From positions 96,412,001 through 96,476,000 of the forward strand of contig NC_045697.1 of assembly GCF_009834535.1 (NCBI RefSeq): a stretch of DNA of 64,000 nt. The letters run 5' to 3'. The position numbers and the translations under genes are program-made. The notes under the pieces were generated by a model. The model had not been told where the DNA came from. It saw only the letters and a program-made list of their open reading frames with translations, and did not search any database. The stretch comes from Camelus ferus (Eukaryota). Positions 1 through 13,720 of the stretch are shown here, piece after piece (the first letter of the stretch is position 1; each line of letters begins with the position of its first letter).

Positions 1-1330
1 TTTTTAACCTGATACATGTCTGGCTTTCAACAAAAAATTATAAGGCATTCTAAAAGGCAGTAATCAAAATCTGAGGAGATAAACCAAACATCAGAACCAG
101 ACTCGGATATGACAGAAATTTTGGAATTATCAGACCAAGAAATTAAAATAACTATTGATGAATATTCTAAGGGCTCTAATGGATTAAGTGGATAGTATGC
201 AAAAATTGATGGGTAAACTAAGCCGAGGGATGGGAATGTGAAAAGGAAATACTAGAAATCAAAACCTCTGTAATAGAAATGAAGAATGTCTTTGTTGGGT
301 TCATCAGTACATGGAACATGGTGGGGAAAAAATGAATCAGTGAGCTTTAAGATATGTTAGTAGAAACTTCCAAAACAAAAATGCAAAGAGAAAAAGTACT
401 GAAAAAACATAATTTAATATCCAAGAACTGTGGGAAAATTATTTTAAAAAACAGTACAATATGGGAGATGAGATACCAGAAAGAGAAGAGAGAGAGACAG
501 AAACAAAATAGACACCAACCCATAGAATTAGAGAGCACCAAGCAGCATAGCTACCAGAACACTACAGCTAGGCGTATTGTATTTAAACATAGCTTGGCAA
601 AAAATAAAAGACAGAGAAAATACTGAAAAAATAAAATACCTTTCCAATAGAGGAACAAGGAGAATTACATCAGACTTTTCTTCAGAAAACATGCAAGCAA
701 GAAGTGAGCACAAGAGCAAATGAAATATCTAAAGAATTTAAAAAAAAAACCCTGCCAATCTAGAATTCTGTTTCCAGCAACATTATCCTCCAAAACTGAA
801 GAAGTAAAGACTACTTCAGATAGGAAAAAATTGAGAGAATTGTTACCAAGAGACCTTGCAAGAACTCTTAAAAGTTCTACAGAGAGAAGGAAAATGATAA
901 AGTTCTGAAATTCAGGTCTACATCAAGAAGGAAGAGCTTTAGACAAGAAGAAATAAAGGTAAAATAAAATGTTTTTCTGGAAATTAAGCTAAGAGATAGC
1001 ATTGTTCAAAAATGATAATAGCAACAATAAATTTGGTGACTATTGCTTATAGGTTATGGATAAGTGGAATGAATAACAGCAAAATTGTAAGGGGAGGAAG
1101 GGATGAATTTGAAATACTCTGTTATAAGGCACTTGTGCTACTTGCAAAGTGGCATCATGTTATTTGAAAGTGAACTTGGATTAGTCAAAAAAGTATATTG
1201 CAAATCTTAGGGAAATCATGAATTTTTCTTAAAATGAAGTAGAATAGATAAGAGAAGAGGAAAAGTGAAACCATATGGAATGCTCAGTTAAAATCAAAAA
1301 GAACAAAGAAGAATAGAGGCAGTGAATAGA
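1..1330 (+). mobile_element. Old LINE-1 (L1MC/L1MD-like) ORF1 and inter-ORF remnant
   Basis: A-rich decayed ORF1-like sequence (aaacatcagaaccagactcggatatgacagaaattttggaattatcagac; agaattacatcagacttttcttcagaaaacatgcaagc; ORF 720-908 'PCQSRILFPATLSSK' resembles L1 ORF1p 'QPRILYPAKLSF'). Confidence 0.85.
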
Positions 1331-2059
1331 AAATAAAGTATATATTTGTCTTTCCTCTATTGACAGAGTAAAAGGATCAGATTTCACGAGTTGTCAGGGA
1401 GGGAAGAAGTCCATCATAATAGTACCCCATTCCCTCTATTAAATGTATATTCATGACTATTTTGTAGCTACCATTATAGGAAAGATTTCTGATGCAATTG
1501 CAAGTTATCTTAATTAACATGGAGGAGAACATTTTGTGAATAATAGTTAAGTTTAGGTACCATTCATGAATTCTTGACTGGCAGCTCTGAGAAACAAAGA
1601 GGCAAATACATTTATCACACATTGTCAAGTTAGGAAAAAATTTACCTCTATAAATTTTACAAAAACTATATATACCTTTACAAAAAATATATAACAGAAT
1701 AAGGATCTATCTCTCGAACTTTCTTTTCTATCTCAGTTTCTCTTGCTAAAAAGAAAGTCATAAAACTATCAAAAACTAACAGTTTACTTTAATTATCTTG
1801 ATTTTTTTTTCTGTTTTGGATTGGTTTATATGAGGGGAAAACGTGTTATTGACCATGGTTTTATTTAACTACAAACAAAACCTTATTTTGGAATATAACT
1901 ACTGGCATATTTCTCTATAAGAAATTCAAATACACAGAGAAGCTTACATTTTTTTCCTGTTTGAGAAACACAGCTTATTAATGTTCCAACAATATTCTAC
2001 TTAATAAGATGTTCAATGGGACATGTAAAATAGACTGAGCTAAAAATAATTTTTCCCAA

Positions 2060-2566
2060 TTACATTTGTTCATTATTTAATCAGTAGTCCATTCAATGTT
2101 GTCAAGCTGTGTTCCAGCCCTTGGTGATACACCATTGAACAAAACAGACAAAATCATCCTTGCCCTTGTGAAGCTCACATTCTGGTGTAGAATGTCAGAC
2201 AGAGAACGATAAACATTATACATTAATAGATGAGGTGGTAAAGTGATCGTGCTGGGAAAACCAGATTTATGAGTGTGGTGAGTTCTAGGGAGAGACTGCA
2301 ACTTGAAAAGAGTTAGATACAAAGCATCTCACTGAGAAGGTGACATTTAAGAAAAGGTTTGGAGGAGCAGTGGGAGTGATCAGTCAGGAGTGTCAGAGGG
2401 AAGAGGAATAAGCAAAACCTCAGAGTGGGAACGTACCTGCCATGTCACAACAACAACAAAAAGGAGGTGACTATGGCTGGAGGACAGTGAGCTAGATAAA
2501 CAGAAGAAAGAAATACGATCTGAGAGGAAATAGGGGTCAGATCACCGTGGGCCTTGTATGTCCTAG
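2060..2566 (-). mobile_element. LINE-2 3' end fragment
   Basis: Matches reverse complement of L2 3' end (gatacaccattgaacaaaacagacaaaatcatccttgcccttgtgaagctcacattctgg); interrupted by an LTR at 2567. Confidence 0.85.
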
Positions 2567-3117
2567 TGTTACCGCAGACCACGGCAGGGCCGCCCCTGGG
2601 CTCGGTTTTTGTTGTTGGCGCAACAAAGAATTGAGGAGCCACAACAGTAGCAAAGCATAAGCAGAGTTTATTTAGGAACGAAATACACTTCAAGAGAGAA
2701 GCTGACCAAGCCAAGGAAGGCAATGGCCCTGCAAGCAGAGAAGCTTAACTTTTTGTCTTGGATTTGCATGAAGACTGTGTCACCTCTTGATTGACAGTTG
2801 AGAATTATGTAACAGGTGCCGGAACTGTGCATGTGTGTCCCAGAATTTGCTTTGTTATAATGAAATTAATGTATGGGCAGACTATGTCACAGATGATGCG
2901 TGTTTCTGCGTGGTAGGGTCATCTGAGGACAAGGGGGCCTAGGCTTCACTCATGCTCTGCCGGGGGACTTGCCCGCTGTGGTTTTTAGGCTCTTCTCTGT
3001 GGTAGGTTATTAGTTAGGTGTTAAGATGCAAGAGGTGGGACTGAGTCTCTTTTGGGTCCTCCCTGAATGCTGTCCTCACCACTCATGTCTGACTGAGTCT
3101 ACTCATGTCTACTAACA
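2567..3117 (-). mobile_element. Solo ERV1-class LTR
   Basis: Terminal inverted tgtta...taaca; 4-bp TSD ctag (2563-2566)/ttag (3118-3121); minus-strand AATAAA at ~2667-2672; CpG-containing. Confidence 0.85.
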
Positions 3118-4620
3118 TTAGTAGGAAGTTTATCCTTTATTTGGAGAGAAATAAGGAAAGATATTACTTATGGAAAAATAATTGTAAAGGCGTGTGGACA
3201 GAAATGACCTTAGGGGAAAGAAATACACTTCAAGAGAGAAGCTGACCAAGCCAGGGAAGGCAATGGCCTCGCAAGCAGAGAAGCTTGACTTAGCAGTTTC
3301 AAGGGTAGCAAGGCCAGAATGAATCAGAATACTAGGGAAACAAAAGGGAGGCAACAGGGCCAGAAACCTAGGCTGGGGTCATATTAAGTAGAGCCTTATA
3401 AACTAGAGAATTTGGGTTTTAAGCTGTGATTGGAAGCTACTGGAGAGTTTTGAGCAGGATGGAGATAAGATTTGGTTTATGTTTCTAGAAGACTGCTTTG
3501 GATTCTGTGTAGAGTATAGGTAATAAATCTGGTGAAATCACAGAGATCACTTTGTTAATAGGCTTTTAAGTGATTTGGAAAAGATGATGATGGTTTAGAC
3601 TAGCAGCAGTGTAAGTAATTAAAAGTCATATTTAAAAGCTTATGGTTAAGCTTACAGACAGTAAGCAGCCAGGTTATAGGTGGCTGAGCAACCTGGCGGT
3701 TGATAGACTGCATGTAAGATTTCAGGGAGTGAGAGAACAAGAATAAGTCCTGGGGTTTTGGTATCATCCACCGATACAGGGAATATTGGGGGAGCAGGTT
3801 TTTGAGCCAGGAAATCCATTTTGACTATGTTAAGTTTTACATGTCAAATTGATATTTAAATGAAGGTGTTTAGAAGAGGAAATATCAAATTATGAACTCA
3901 AGATACACATTTGAGAGTTGAAAATCTATCAAATGAATTCAAATCCATGGGAAAGTGTGTCGTCAACTCCAAAGAGAGAAGAAAAGATCAAAGAGTGAGC
4001 ACATAGACTCTGGGAGTAGGAGTAGGAGTCACTAGTTAAACTGAGTAGGAGTCACAGAAGAAAGAAATCCAGCAGAGGGTTTTGTTTGGGAATCCACATG
4101 GAAAAGTTCTCATGAAAGAAGGAGTGGTGTATTGTATAACATACTTCCTAACTTCAAGTACGATGTTGGTTAAAGTTGATCACTGGGGTTGGCCAGTGAA
4201 GGTTTGGTAACATCAGTGATAATAATTTATTAGGAGTAGTAAACTACTCAGTCAGAACTAGTATTTGACTATGTTGAAAAAGAACAAGCAAATATGAATG
4301 TGGTAACAACCAGTTATGTGGGGGCTCAGAGAATCAAGGAGGTTTTTGTTTGTTTTTAGATTAAAAGCATTTTTGTAATTTGATTACAACACATGGGAAA
4401 TCAGGATATTGACTATAGATAGATTGATAGATTATTAATGGAAAGATGAGTAGGTCTATTTTATTTCTCCCAATTTCTCAGTGAAATAAGAATCAAAATC
4501 ACCAGCATTGAGAGAGACGGGAGAGGTGTGAGAAGAAAGAAAATGATATAAAATAGTCTTTTGAAAAATAATGAATAATATGACTATAGAAATGTGAGTT
4601 TCTACAGAAACTAATCTGAG
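3118..4620 (-). mobile_element. LINE-2 fragments (continuation and an older L2 copy)
   Basis: Typical antisense L2 text (ggaagctactggagagttttgagcagg; ccattttgactatgttaagttttacatgtc); boundaries approximate. Confidence 0.75.
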
Positions 4621-7097
4621 TGGTTAGGGAGTAAAACCTGTAAAGGAGTGACAGTGACAATTGTACTGTATTTGAGGGGTCTCCAAACAAATATGATAAT
4701 AATCTAAAAAAGCTAATTTAATAAAAAACAATTTTTCAAATAAAGCTGGAGTGCGAAGTAAATAATCTAGTGACTTTTCCCCAAACAAATGCTCAGAATA
4801 ACATTTTTGTTTGATGAAATAAGTTTTTATTAAAAAAAAGAAGGGTGTCACATAAGTAGTCATGTAAGTTTGAGGTTCACACAGCCAAACTGAAACAGTT
4901 TGGTTGATGGTTTGTTTTGTTTTTTATTTTTAAATTGCAAGATCTATCAGAGTCTTTAATAAGCCACTGGACATTATGAATCTCCAAGAGAGTGATTTCA
5001 AGCGTTGCATTTAAGAATACCTCTTTTTTGTGGAGGGAGGGGATCCCCAAAGAATCTGATTGTTTTCCTTTTTCCAGTGCACAGTTACCCTGGTAAATGT
5101 CCACAGGTCCCTTTGGGGAAAGCTAGAAGAAAGATTAAAATATAATCTTGGGATTATATTTCGGAAGATCTGCCCTGGTACTTCTGAATTTTAAATATTT
5201 TAACACACTCCTTTTTCATTTTACTTCCCCTCCATGACTGCTTTACATAATATCTTTCACCCTACCTTCTTTTGCTTTAGATTAATAAAGTACTATGAAA
5301 TTTATTTAATGAGATTTATTTAATGAGATATGCCAGCTAACATATCACTTTTCCTGTGGTAATCAGGCACTAACCACCTGTTATTTTATTGATTGTAAGA
5401 TTATACTTGGCTATGGAAGAAGTAGAAACAGCTTGTCTATTTGAATATGATCTTAGATTTCAAAGAATGCTTTACTCTGAAGATTGTTACGTTTTAAGTA
5501 AATACAATTAAAAAAAGCAAAACAACCAAAATTTCAAGTTGTTTCAAGGTGGCACTAATGACAAGGAACTTGAGTAAAATGTGCCACATTGTTCATGGTA
5601 GCTGAAGAGGTAATGTGTGAAATTGGGAATGCTATTTTCATAGTTCAGAGGCAGGCAGAGACAAAAAAAAAAATCTAATTTCATCGTTTTGAGAGAAGGC
5701 AAAACAAAAATGCTCCTGTGCTTTCATTAGATTTTTCTTCTATTTTAGTCCATGCAGCTGAGGTTTCTGAAGGTTCTGTTTGCTGATAACTTAATTAGCG
5801 ATTCAGTGCAGTTGGGTCTGCAGCCTGATGTGATGGTTGGAGCTGACTTTGAGAATGAAGCCAGCCCTGTTTGTTGAGTGATTCCCATCTCTACCAACTG
5901 GCCTGTGGAATCTAGGAGCATCACCTGGGCTTCCCTTGTTAACTCAAAGCATATCAAAACTCTCCAATTGGTGTCTAGGGCCCCTGTGCTCTCTGCTCGC
6001 TGCCCACACAGCAGCTGTGATCACATTCTGAGCACAGGGAGTTTAGTTTTATCTAAGTGCTCCAAATCCACCGTCTCAAAAAGGAATGCTACAGGATAGA
6101 AATGTCTTTTATTGAAATGAGCTGAAAGCATTTACATCCCTGAGAAAAGCTGTGCTTTCCCAAGGATACTCAGAAATGACTAATTGTGTCTGGCGCCAGG
6201 TGCATAAAGCAAATCATTTGGTTTGGCTTTCACAGTTTTTAAGGGAAAAAAGGTACATTGTATATAAAGACTCAGCATATTGCTTTTCAAGATGTATTTA
6301 TTGTTTCTGGGGATAATACTTGCTTTCTTTCTATTTATTATTCTAGTTCAATTTCCTTATATTCTTTTTTCTCTTTTATTTCCATATTGAATTGTGATCA
6401 GAAGAGCAAATGGAATTGCATTTGGCAGAATCCTCTGTTGATTCATATATAAATTTCAGAAAATGTAGAGACTGACTGTCAGGAGATTAGCATTTCTTTC
6501 TCGAGATTTTCTTGGTGTGATACCCTTCAAACTGAGTGGAATTAATGGGTAATAATAGACAGGAGCACATGACTGTGCATATTTTATCCCATCAGTCCTT
6601 TTGTTAATGAAAGTGCCATAGGTATCTGCAATGTTGTTTGTGTTATTCTTCTTTTCAGTTTTTAATTTCATTCTCTTGCTGTGTCTTTTTTTAATCTCAG
6701 GAGTGTTATTATATAATTATCATTCTTAGTGTTACATGTACCACATTTAAGTGATTCCTTGTTTCAGCTACTAAAGATTGACTGTCACTTAGCTTGCGTG
6801 AATCTTTTCCAAATATTCCTCAGTTGCCATAATTAGGTAAAATGAGATGCCTTTCTAGAAAGATTTTTTTAAAGCAGATTAACTAAGTCAGGTTTATTTA
6901 ATTTTGTTTTGATCTATGAATTAGTTAATTTTGGGGGGCATAAAATAATGATAAAATGAGCTTAAATGAGCAGACCCACAGAAAATCTATATAACTCAGC
7001 TCGATATTTAGTCTATGAAATAACATTTTGGTTAATTTCATGAGAGTCCTGTGTTATTATTTTTGTCCTGAATGTGCTACAAAATATTTAAGAAACT

Positions 7098-7476
7098 TCT
7101 TAGCCAAGATCCAACCAGAGAAACAGAATCAGTAGTAGATGTATATGAAGGGGTTAGTTTATGTGACTGTGAGGGCTGCCTAGTCAAGTCCAAAATCTAT
7201 ATGGTAGGCCATCAGGAAAGGAAGAGTGGAGCTCTCAGGCTGAGTTAAAGATGCAGCACACAGACAGAATTTCTTCCAGGAAACTTCAGTTCTGTTCTAA
7301 AGGCTTTCAACTGATTGAATCAGGCCCACACAGATTACTCTCCTTTGTTTAAAGGCAACTGATTGTAAATGTTAACCACACCTACGACATCTCCACAGCA
7401 ACACCTAGATTAGTGTTTGACTGAATAATGGGGTACTATAGCCTATCCAAATTAATACATAAAACTGACCATTAAA
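7098..7476 (-). mobile_element. MLT2-family LTR (3' LTR of ERVL provirus)
   Basis: Reverse complement of MLT2 motifs (cacagcaacacctagattagtgtttgactgaataa...cataaaactgacca); polypurine-tract remnant adjacent at ~7477-7490. Confidence 0.85.
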
Positions 7477-10400
7477 GTCCAACCCATGTCAGCATCTCCT
7501 TAACATATGTTTACTCTCCAAATAAAAACAATAACAAAGTCATATTTTTCCAGTTCACTATTCTCCTGGAGGAGGATACACATTGTGTGCATTTACTCTT
7601 CTCTTTATCTTGTATCAAATTCTGTGATGTAAAGCTAACTCTCATTAATACATCTTATAATAGATGATAAAAAGATGAATGGGAAGAAAAAAAATTTTTT
7701 TAACATTTTTTATTGATTTATAATCATTTTACAATGTTGTGTCAAATTCCAGTGTTCAACACAATTTTTCAGTCATTCATGGACATATACACACTCATTG
7801 TCACATTTTTTTCTCTTTGAGTTATCATAACATTTTGTGTATATTTCCCTGTGCTATACAGTGTAATTTATTCTACAATTTTGAAATCCCAGTCTATCCC
7901 TTCCCACCCTCCACCCCCCTGGTAACCACAAGTCTGTATTCTCTGTCTGTGAGTCTATTTCTGTCCTGTATTTACGCTTTGTTTTTGTTTGTTTGTTTGT
8001 TTTTGTTTTTGTTTTTTTAGATTCCACATATGAGCGATCTCATATGGTATTTTTAAAAAAAAATTTTTTTAATTGCATAATATATCTCTATCTATAAATA
8101 TATCCATAACAAAATAAGGAATAAATGATTAAAGACATTATAGTCCTCATTTCTGCAACTAGTCATAAGGTTATAGCTAATATTTATAGCCACGTTTCCA
8201 CTATCATTCCCAGCACCTCAGCTGGCCATAGTTCTTTGCCTGTTGAAGTGACCTAAATGTTAATTCATGAAATTTCTGGTGCATCTGGTGCATTAGCAGT
8301 CCTACCTTAGTTGGGTTGTTGTAATTTTCCATTAATTTAATTACAAGACATGGCGATACTAGAAAATGAATTAAGAAATCTCCTGTATTCCAGACATATC
8401 CTTTCTTACCTCCACTGTGTAGTGGAAGTTGACAGTTTAGTAATCCAATTTCCCTTTGGTGGTCACGATCTATGACGCCAGTCAGTATAGGAAGTCCTCT
8501 CTTTGCCTATTGATTCAGAGATATGAGGAGACCAAAATAGACAGTGACACATTCAACTTCTAGTTCAATGGCATCATTGTTGTGCCTCCTGATGGAAGAA
8601 TTTCTCCCTTTGGACCAAAACATCTAAGCCAGTAGAGCATAAAGTCACAGAGACAAGAAGTAAAAATTTTGCTACTGACAGTAGTGCAAGGTACCACTCT
8701 CATTTCCACCCCTTGGTTCCCAGACATGAGTACTGACTATGGAAAAAAAATAACACTATATACTGGTCATTAATTTAGAGCATATACAGCCTCATGGAGA
8801 TTGCCACAGCCCCAAAGGTATTACCACCTGTATGACGCTGTAACTAAATCTTCAAAAAGCCATATCTCTGTTCCATCAAGCCAACTCATACTAGATGATG
8901 GAGTGTGTGGTACAACTGATAAAGTCAATGAATGTGGACCCATTGCTAAACTCAGTTTGCTTAAGTAGTGATCATTACTTCATAGATCAGAAACAGTGCT
9001 ATTTGGAATACCACAATGGTGGATAGGAATTCAGCAGAGCCCATTGTGTGCAAGACAATTAAATCCATATTCAGAATAAGTGTCTCATAGAATACAGTGC
9101 TGCCCCTTCCATGACAGAACTGGTTCGAAGTAATCAATCTGACATCAGGTAGCTGACTGATTACTCTGGGAAATGGTGCCATATTAGGGAGTCACTGTTG
9201 GTCTGTACTGCTGGCATTGGGCTCCTAGCAGTGGCTGTAGCCAGTTCTCTTTGGTAAATTGAAGCTTGTGTTGCTGAGCCCATGAATAACCTCCATCCCT
9301 GCCACTATGCCTGCTTTGTTCCTGAATTCACTGAACGATAGTAGGGGTGGCTGAGAAAAGAGGCTAACTGGTGTCCACTGATATGTCATCCTATCCACTT
9401 GATCATAAAACTCCTGTGCAGAGATCACCTTTTGATGAACATTCACATGGGACACAAATATGTTCACAGTCTTTGCCCATTCCGCAAGTCCAACCACATC
9501 TCTTCCCAGCACCTTCCTGTCACAAATTTTCCTATTGCATTCCTTCCTAGTCCTTAACTATTCAGTCAAATCTTTGGCCACAGCCCATAATTTGATATAT
9601 ACCCATACCTCTGGCACTTGTTCCTTCCAAGCAAAATGCACTGCCAGGTGCTCTGCTTGAAGCTCTGTCCACAGGACAGATTTCCCTTTACCACCGTCCT
9701 TCAGTGATGTCTCAGGAAGAGCCTGGAACACTGCAGCTAGCCACTTTCAGGTGGTGCCTGCATGCTATGCAGGACACTCCATAAAACATCCTTGAGTTTT
9801 CTCTTGCTCAGTCAACTAATTATAGGAGGCTACCCAGGCCATAGGTGTGGGCTGATAAAGGGAAGGTCCTGAAGCAGAATGGGGGCCATATGCATTTGTA
9901 CCACTTCCTCATCTAACTTGCTTGTGTCCTCAGGGCTTGCTTCTAGTTCAGTATCATAGATATCACTTTAATTTGAAACTAGAATGCTGCTGAGAATGCC
10001 CAACTTCATGGCTTGGTGGGTCAGAAAATACTCAGTTCATCATGGGCAGCTCAAGTTGCATGGTGACTCGGTGACTGATGCTTAAGCATTCAGTCTCTAC
10101 TAAGGCCCAGGAGCAGGTCAAGAGGTGTTTCTCAAAAGGAGAGTGGTTATCTGCAGAGGCTGACGGCACTTTGCTCCAAAATCCTGACTCTTCTCTGCAG
10201 TTTACCTGTTGCCTGTCAAAGGCTCCATTCAGCATCTCACTACCACTCACACCTCAAGCACCATTGCATCTGCTGGATCATATGACCCAAGTGGCAGACC
10301 AGCCTCCCCGGAAGCTTGCCACTATCACAGAGCCTTCCTTTCTTCTGGACTCTAAAGGAGCAGCTCTTCAGGTCCTTGGTGACGGGTTGGAGTAGCATAC

Positions 10401-10580
10401 TTGAAGGAGGAATACGTTGCTTCCGAAATCCAAAGACACACACTAAGCCATGAGTCTCTTTTTTGGTTGGGCTCAATGCAACAACTTATCTTTTACCTTA
10501 GAAAGGACATCTAACGTGCTCACACCACTGAACTTCTAGAAATTTTACTAAGATAGAAGGCCCTTGCATTTATTTCCCAC
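7477..10580 (-). mobile_element. ERVL internal region: decayed pol (RT/RNase H/integrase); gag and 5' pol missing
   Basis: Minus ORF fragments 10240-10476 (PTKKETHGLVCVFGF), 10032-10250 (GFWSKVPSASADNHSPFEKHLLTCSWALVETE), 9225-9512 (IFVSHVNVHQK) and 8961-9182 resemble ERVL pol. Confidence 0.9.
7695..8054 (-). mobile_element. Young 5'-truncated camelid-type L1 3' end inserted in the ERVL
   Basis: ttttttattgatttataatcattttacaatgttgtgtcaaattccagtg...ttagattccacatatgagcgatctcatatggtattttt; flanked by aaaaaaaattttttt duplication (~7687-7701 and ~8056-8070). Confidence 0.85.
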
Positions 10581-10584
10581 CAGT

Positions 10585-10906
10585 TACATACAAAGTGATT
10601 TGTTGGAGGGAATTGGTTTATGTAATTGTGGAGGCAAATTCAAAATCCACAAAGTAAGCCATCAGGAAAGGCAAGATGAAATTCTCAGTGTGAGCTGAAG
10701 CCACTGTTCTGTTCTTAAGACCTTTCAGTTGGTTGGATAAGAGCTATTCATTATTATCTAGGATAATCTCCTTCACTTAAGGTCAATTGATTATGCACTT
10801 TAATAACATCTAGAAAGTGTCTTCACAGCAGTGCACAGGTTAGTATTTGACTGAATAATGGGAGACTCTAGCCTATCCAAGTTGACACACACAGCTGATA
10901 CTCACT
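10585..10906 (-). mobile_element. MLT2-family LTR (5' LTR of the ERVL provirus, partial)
   Basis: Homologous to 7098-7476 (gccatcaggaaagg; gtatttgactgaataatggg; tagcctatccaag). Confidence 0.85.
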
Positions 10907-12387
10907 GTAACCTTTGCACGATAACTTAGGTATCTCTGGAGATTTTTCCTAACTTATAAGATAAGGTGTTATGTATATGTTCTTTAAACCTTTCCTAGCT
11001 GTGTATCACTTCAGAATTTCTACATTACACTCCATTAGATCAGAAATTATACAAAAGAGCAAGTATAATCACCAACTATTTGAGGTAACCTTTGTAAGTC
11101 CGGTTTATCCTAACTTTCTGTCCACATTTTTTTCAAACTGAATATGACTCCCATCCTGCTGTCTCTATATTTACAGTTTATTATTTATAAAATGCTTATT
11201 TTGATTCACCAATGACTATGTGTTATATATTTATTCTATAAGACACTGTAAGGAGGAGACACTATAAGGAGAAGGAATTTAAGCTTGTCAAGTGTAATGG
11301 CGTAGAATTCTAGACAGTTTTCAGGTAGAAAAAACATACTAGAAAACTGGGTTACTCGAAGTGGGAGGAAAAAGCAGAGCTCTAGTAAAAAAACAGTCAA
11401 AACATAAAATTGTAAAAGGAAAGAAAACATGTTTTAGCTTCTACACAGTTTTAACTTTGAGAACTTCTTTATAAGCATGTGGACATTTTGCTATAATTAC
11501 TGGATCTTCTGCACATAATTGGACATGAAATATCATAGAAGTGAAGGACATTGCTGTTGGCCCTCAGGTTAGCTATGGCCAGTGCTAGTAGTGTGAGAGT
11601 CAGTATGTCAAATTAATATGGAGTCTTAAAATAGAGACTTTTCTCCAGATTATGTTTCTTAGTTGCCTGTGGTATGAATATAAAAGATTTCTTCTTAGCA
11701 TTTTTTTTTTTTGGCATAGGAAGAAATGGGACTCTCAGTTGAAGTCAGTGTACCTTTATCTAACCCAAATTATCCCCAAAGGGCTAAACACCCCAACTAG
11801 CCAATAGTAAATCTCTTTGATGTCTCCTAAAATAGCTGTGTAGACTTGGAAAATAAGAATAAAGAATTTCCTCTGAGTTTTGTGTCAAAGGGAGATTTGC
11901 TGTTAAGCCCAGCTAATGCAAAAGCTATCCCTACTTTTTGTAATAATTTTCCCCCTCTACAAAATGATACAAAATGCAATTCTCTACATTCATTTTCTTA
12001 CAGGAACAGACTCTCAGAAATATAAATTTAGATTTGACTACACACCATATAGGAAAGGGATTTATATACAACATGGAGCAGCAAAAGTGTTAAAAGTAGG
12101 TCACTTATACTCAATATCAAAGCAAGAGTATGAATTTTAAAATGTAGGAAAATATTTCTTCCAATTTCTGTAGTGATCACATGATCTACTACAGGACTTA
12201 AAATATGGTATAAAATTTTGCTATTTAATTTTTAATAGTTTAAGTTTATTCTTCTTTTGAAGTGATAAAAATACTAAAGAATGTCCTGAACTATTTTATT
12301 ACCATGTTAGTTATTAACTAAGCAAATTAAACAATGGTATTTTAGAAAAATCCTCTTTGTCTGTCTTATACCTAAAGATCCTTTAAA

Positions 12388-12618
12388 GCAATTTTTCAAA
12401 CATGGTCAGTTTCTTTTTCCCTCAAGGAACATTTGGCGATCTCAGGAGACACGTTTGGTTGTCACAGCTATGGTGGAAATGTGGGGAACGATGATGCTAT
12501 TGGCATCTAGTGGCTTGAGGCCATAGAGGATACATACCATTCCACAGTGCACAAGAAAGTCCCCTACCAACAGAGAATTGTCCACCCAAAATATCAACAT
12601 TGCTGAGATAACTTCTTC
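12388..12618. mobile_element. MER20-like hAT-Charlie DNA transposon
   Basis: gaacatttggcgatctcaggagacacgtttggttgtcacagct...tattggcatctagtgg...agaattgtccacccaaaatatcaacattgctgag. Confidence 0.85.
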
Positions 12619-13089
12619 AGAGGAATGAAATGAAGATAACTGATGTATACTTGAATATCTGAGAATTATCATCTACTAATGACAGAATGCTATACTCAAC
12701 ACTGCCTCAGAAGGTCTAAATGGCAGTCATGCGCATTATAAAAGTTTTTTCCAAATAGATTCTGCTGTTACTTTTAATAATTCTGTCCTCATTTTACCTT
12801 GTTTTTTTTTTTTTTTTCCTCTTTGATCTACTAAGAAGTACTTCACAGGGCGTTGCTTCCTAAGGATATATTGCCATGACAACCAAAACATCTCTACACC
12901 CTCCCTTTGCCTATGATTTTCCTTTGCTTTTGTTTGAGTCATTTTGTGGATGGAGATTAATTTTATACCTTCAAAATCTTGTGTACATGCATTCAATACC
13001 TACTTATTAGACATTTTTATGATCCAAAATAATTAGTATTTTCATATTAATTATGAAAAATAGGAAGAGAACGTCATAAAGAACTTGGT

Positions 13090-13720
13090 AACTTGGGAAG
13101 ATTTTAGAGGGAATCAACCATGAACTCGAACTTGAAGTTGAGGTAAAAAAATTGAAACGCAAGAGAGCAGATATCAAGTGAGAAGGAAAGTAGGCAAAAG
13201 AGGAGAGTGTCATATGTGTGAGATTCATATGAGGAATAGGAATAAAAGAGCTTGGATGAATAAATATTTTTTGCAAAAACATGGAAAGGTAAGTTTGCTA
13301 GTGATGGCTACATTGAAAAGATCTGAGTGTCAAGCGAAGAAGCCTGGGTTTTGTTTTTATTTTTTGTTTTTCAAACAAATGGGAGATGTAGAAATTTTCT
13401 GATGTGGAGCAGTGCCAAGGGCAAAGACATTTTCTAGAATGACTAATCTTTTTGCAATATGTCAAATGGAGTTTGCATGGGACAAGGGGTCAGGAACAAA
13501 TTTGATGTTAGAGAATGAATTTTAAGAGGAATAGCAACTCTGTAGATAAATATGGGAAATCAAGACATTAGATTTTAACACCCTGGAGAAAATACAGACC
13601 AACCTAGGGAAAAACTAATGACTGAATATTGAACTATACTATACTCAGGAAGTGGGAGGAAAAATAGAATAGAGTCGATCCAAGTGGCTAAAAAAAATAC
13701 TGGAAAAAGAAAGTGCAGTG
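13090..13720 (-). mobile_element. Degraded LINE-2 fragments
   Basis: Purine-rich antisense L2-like motifs; boundaries approximate. Confidence 0.5.

Noticed and set aside
5300..5327. 14-bp tandem duplication (atttatttaatgag x2) and a similar short repeat at ~30215-30243
   Set aside because: Ordinary slippage in AT-rich DNA
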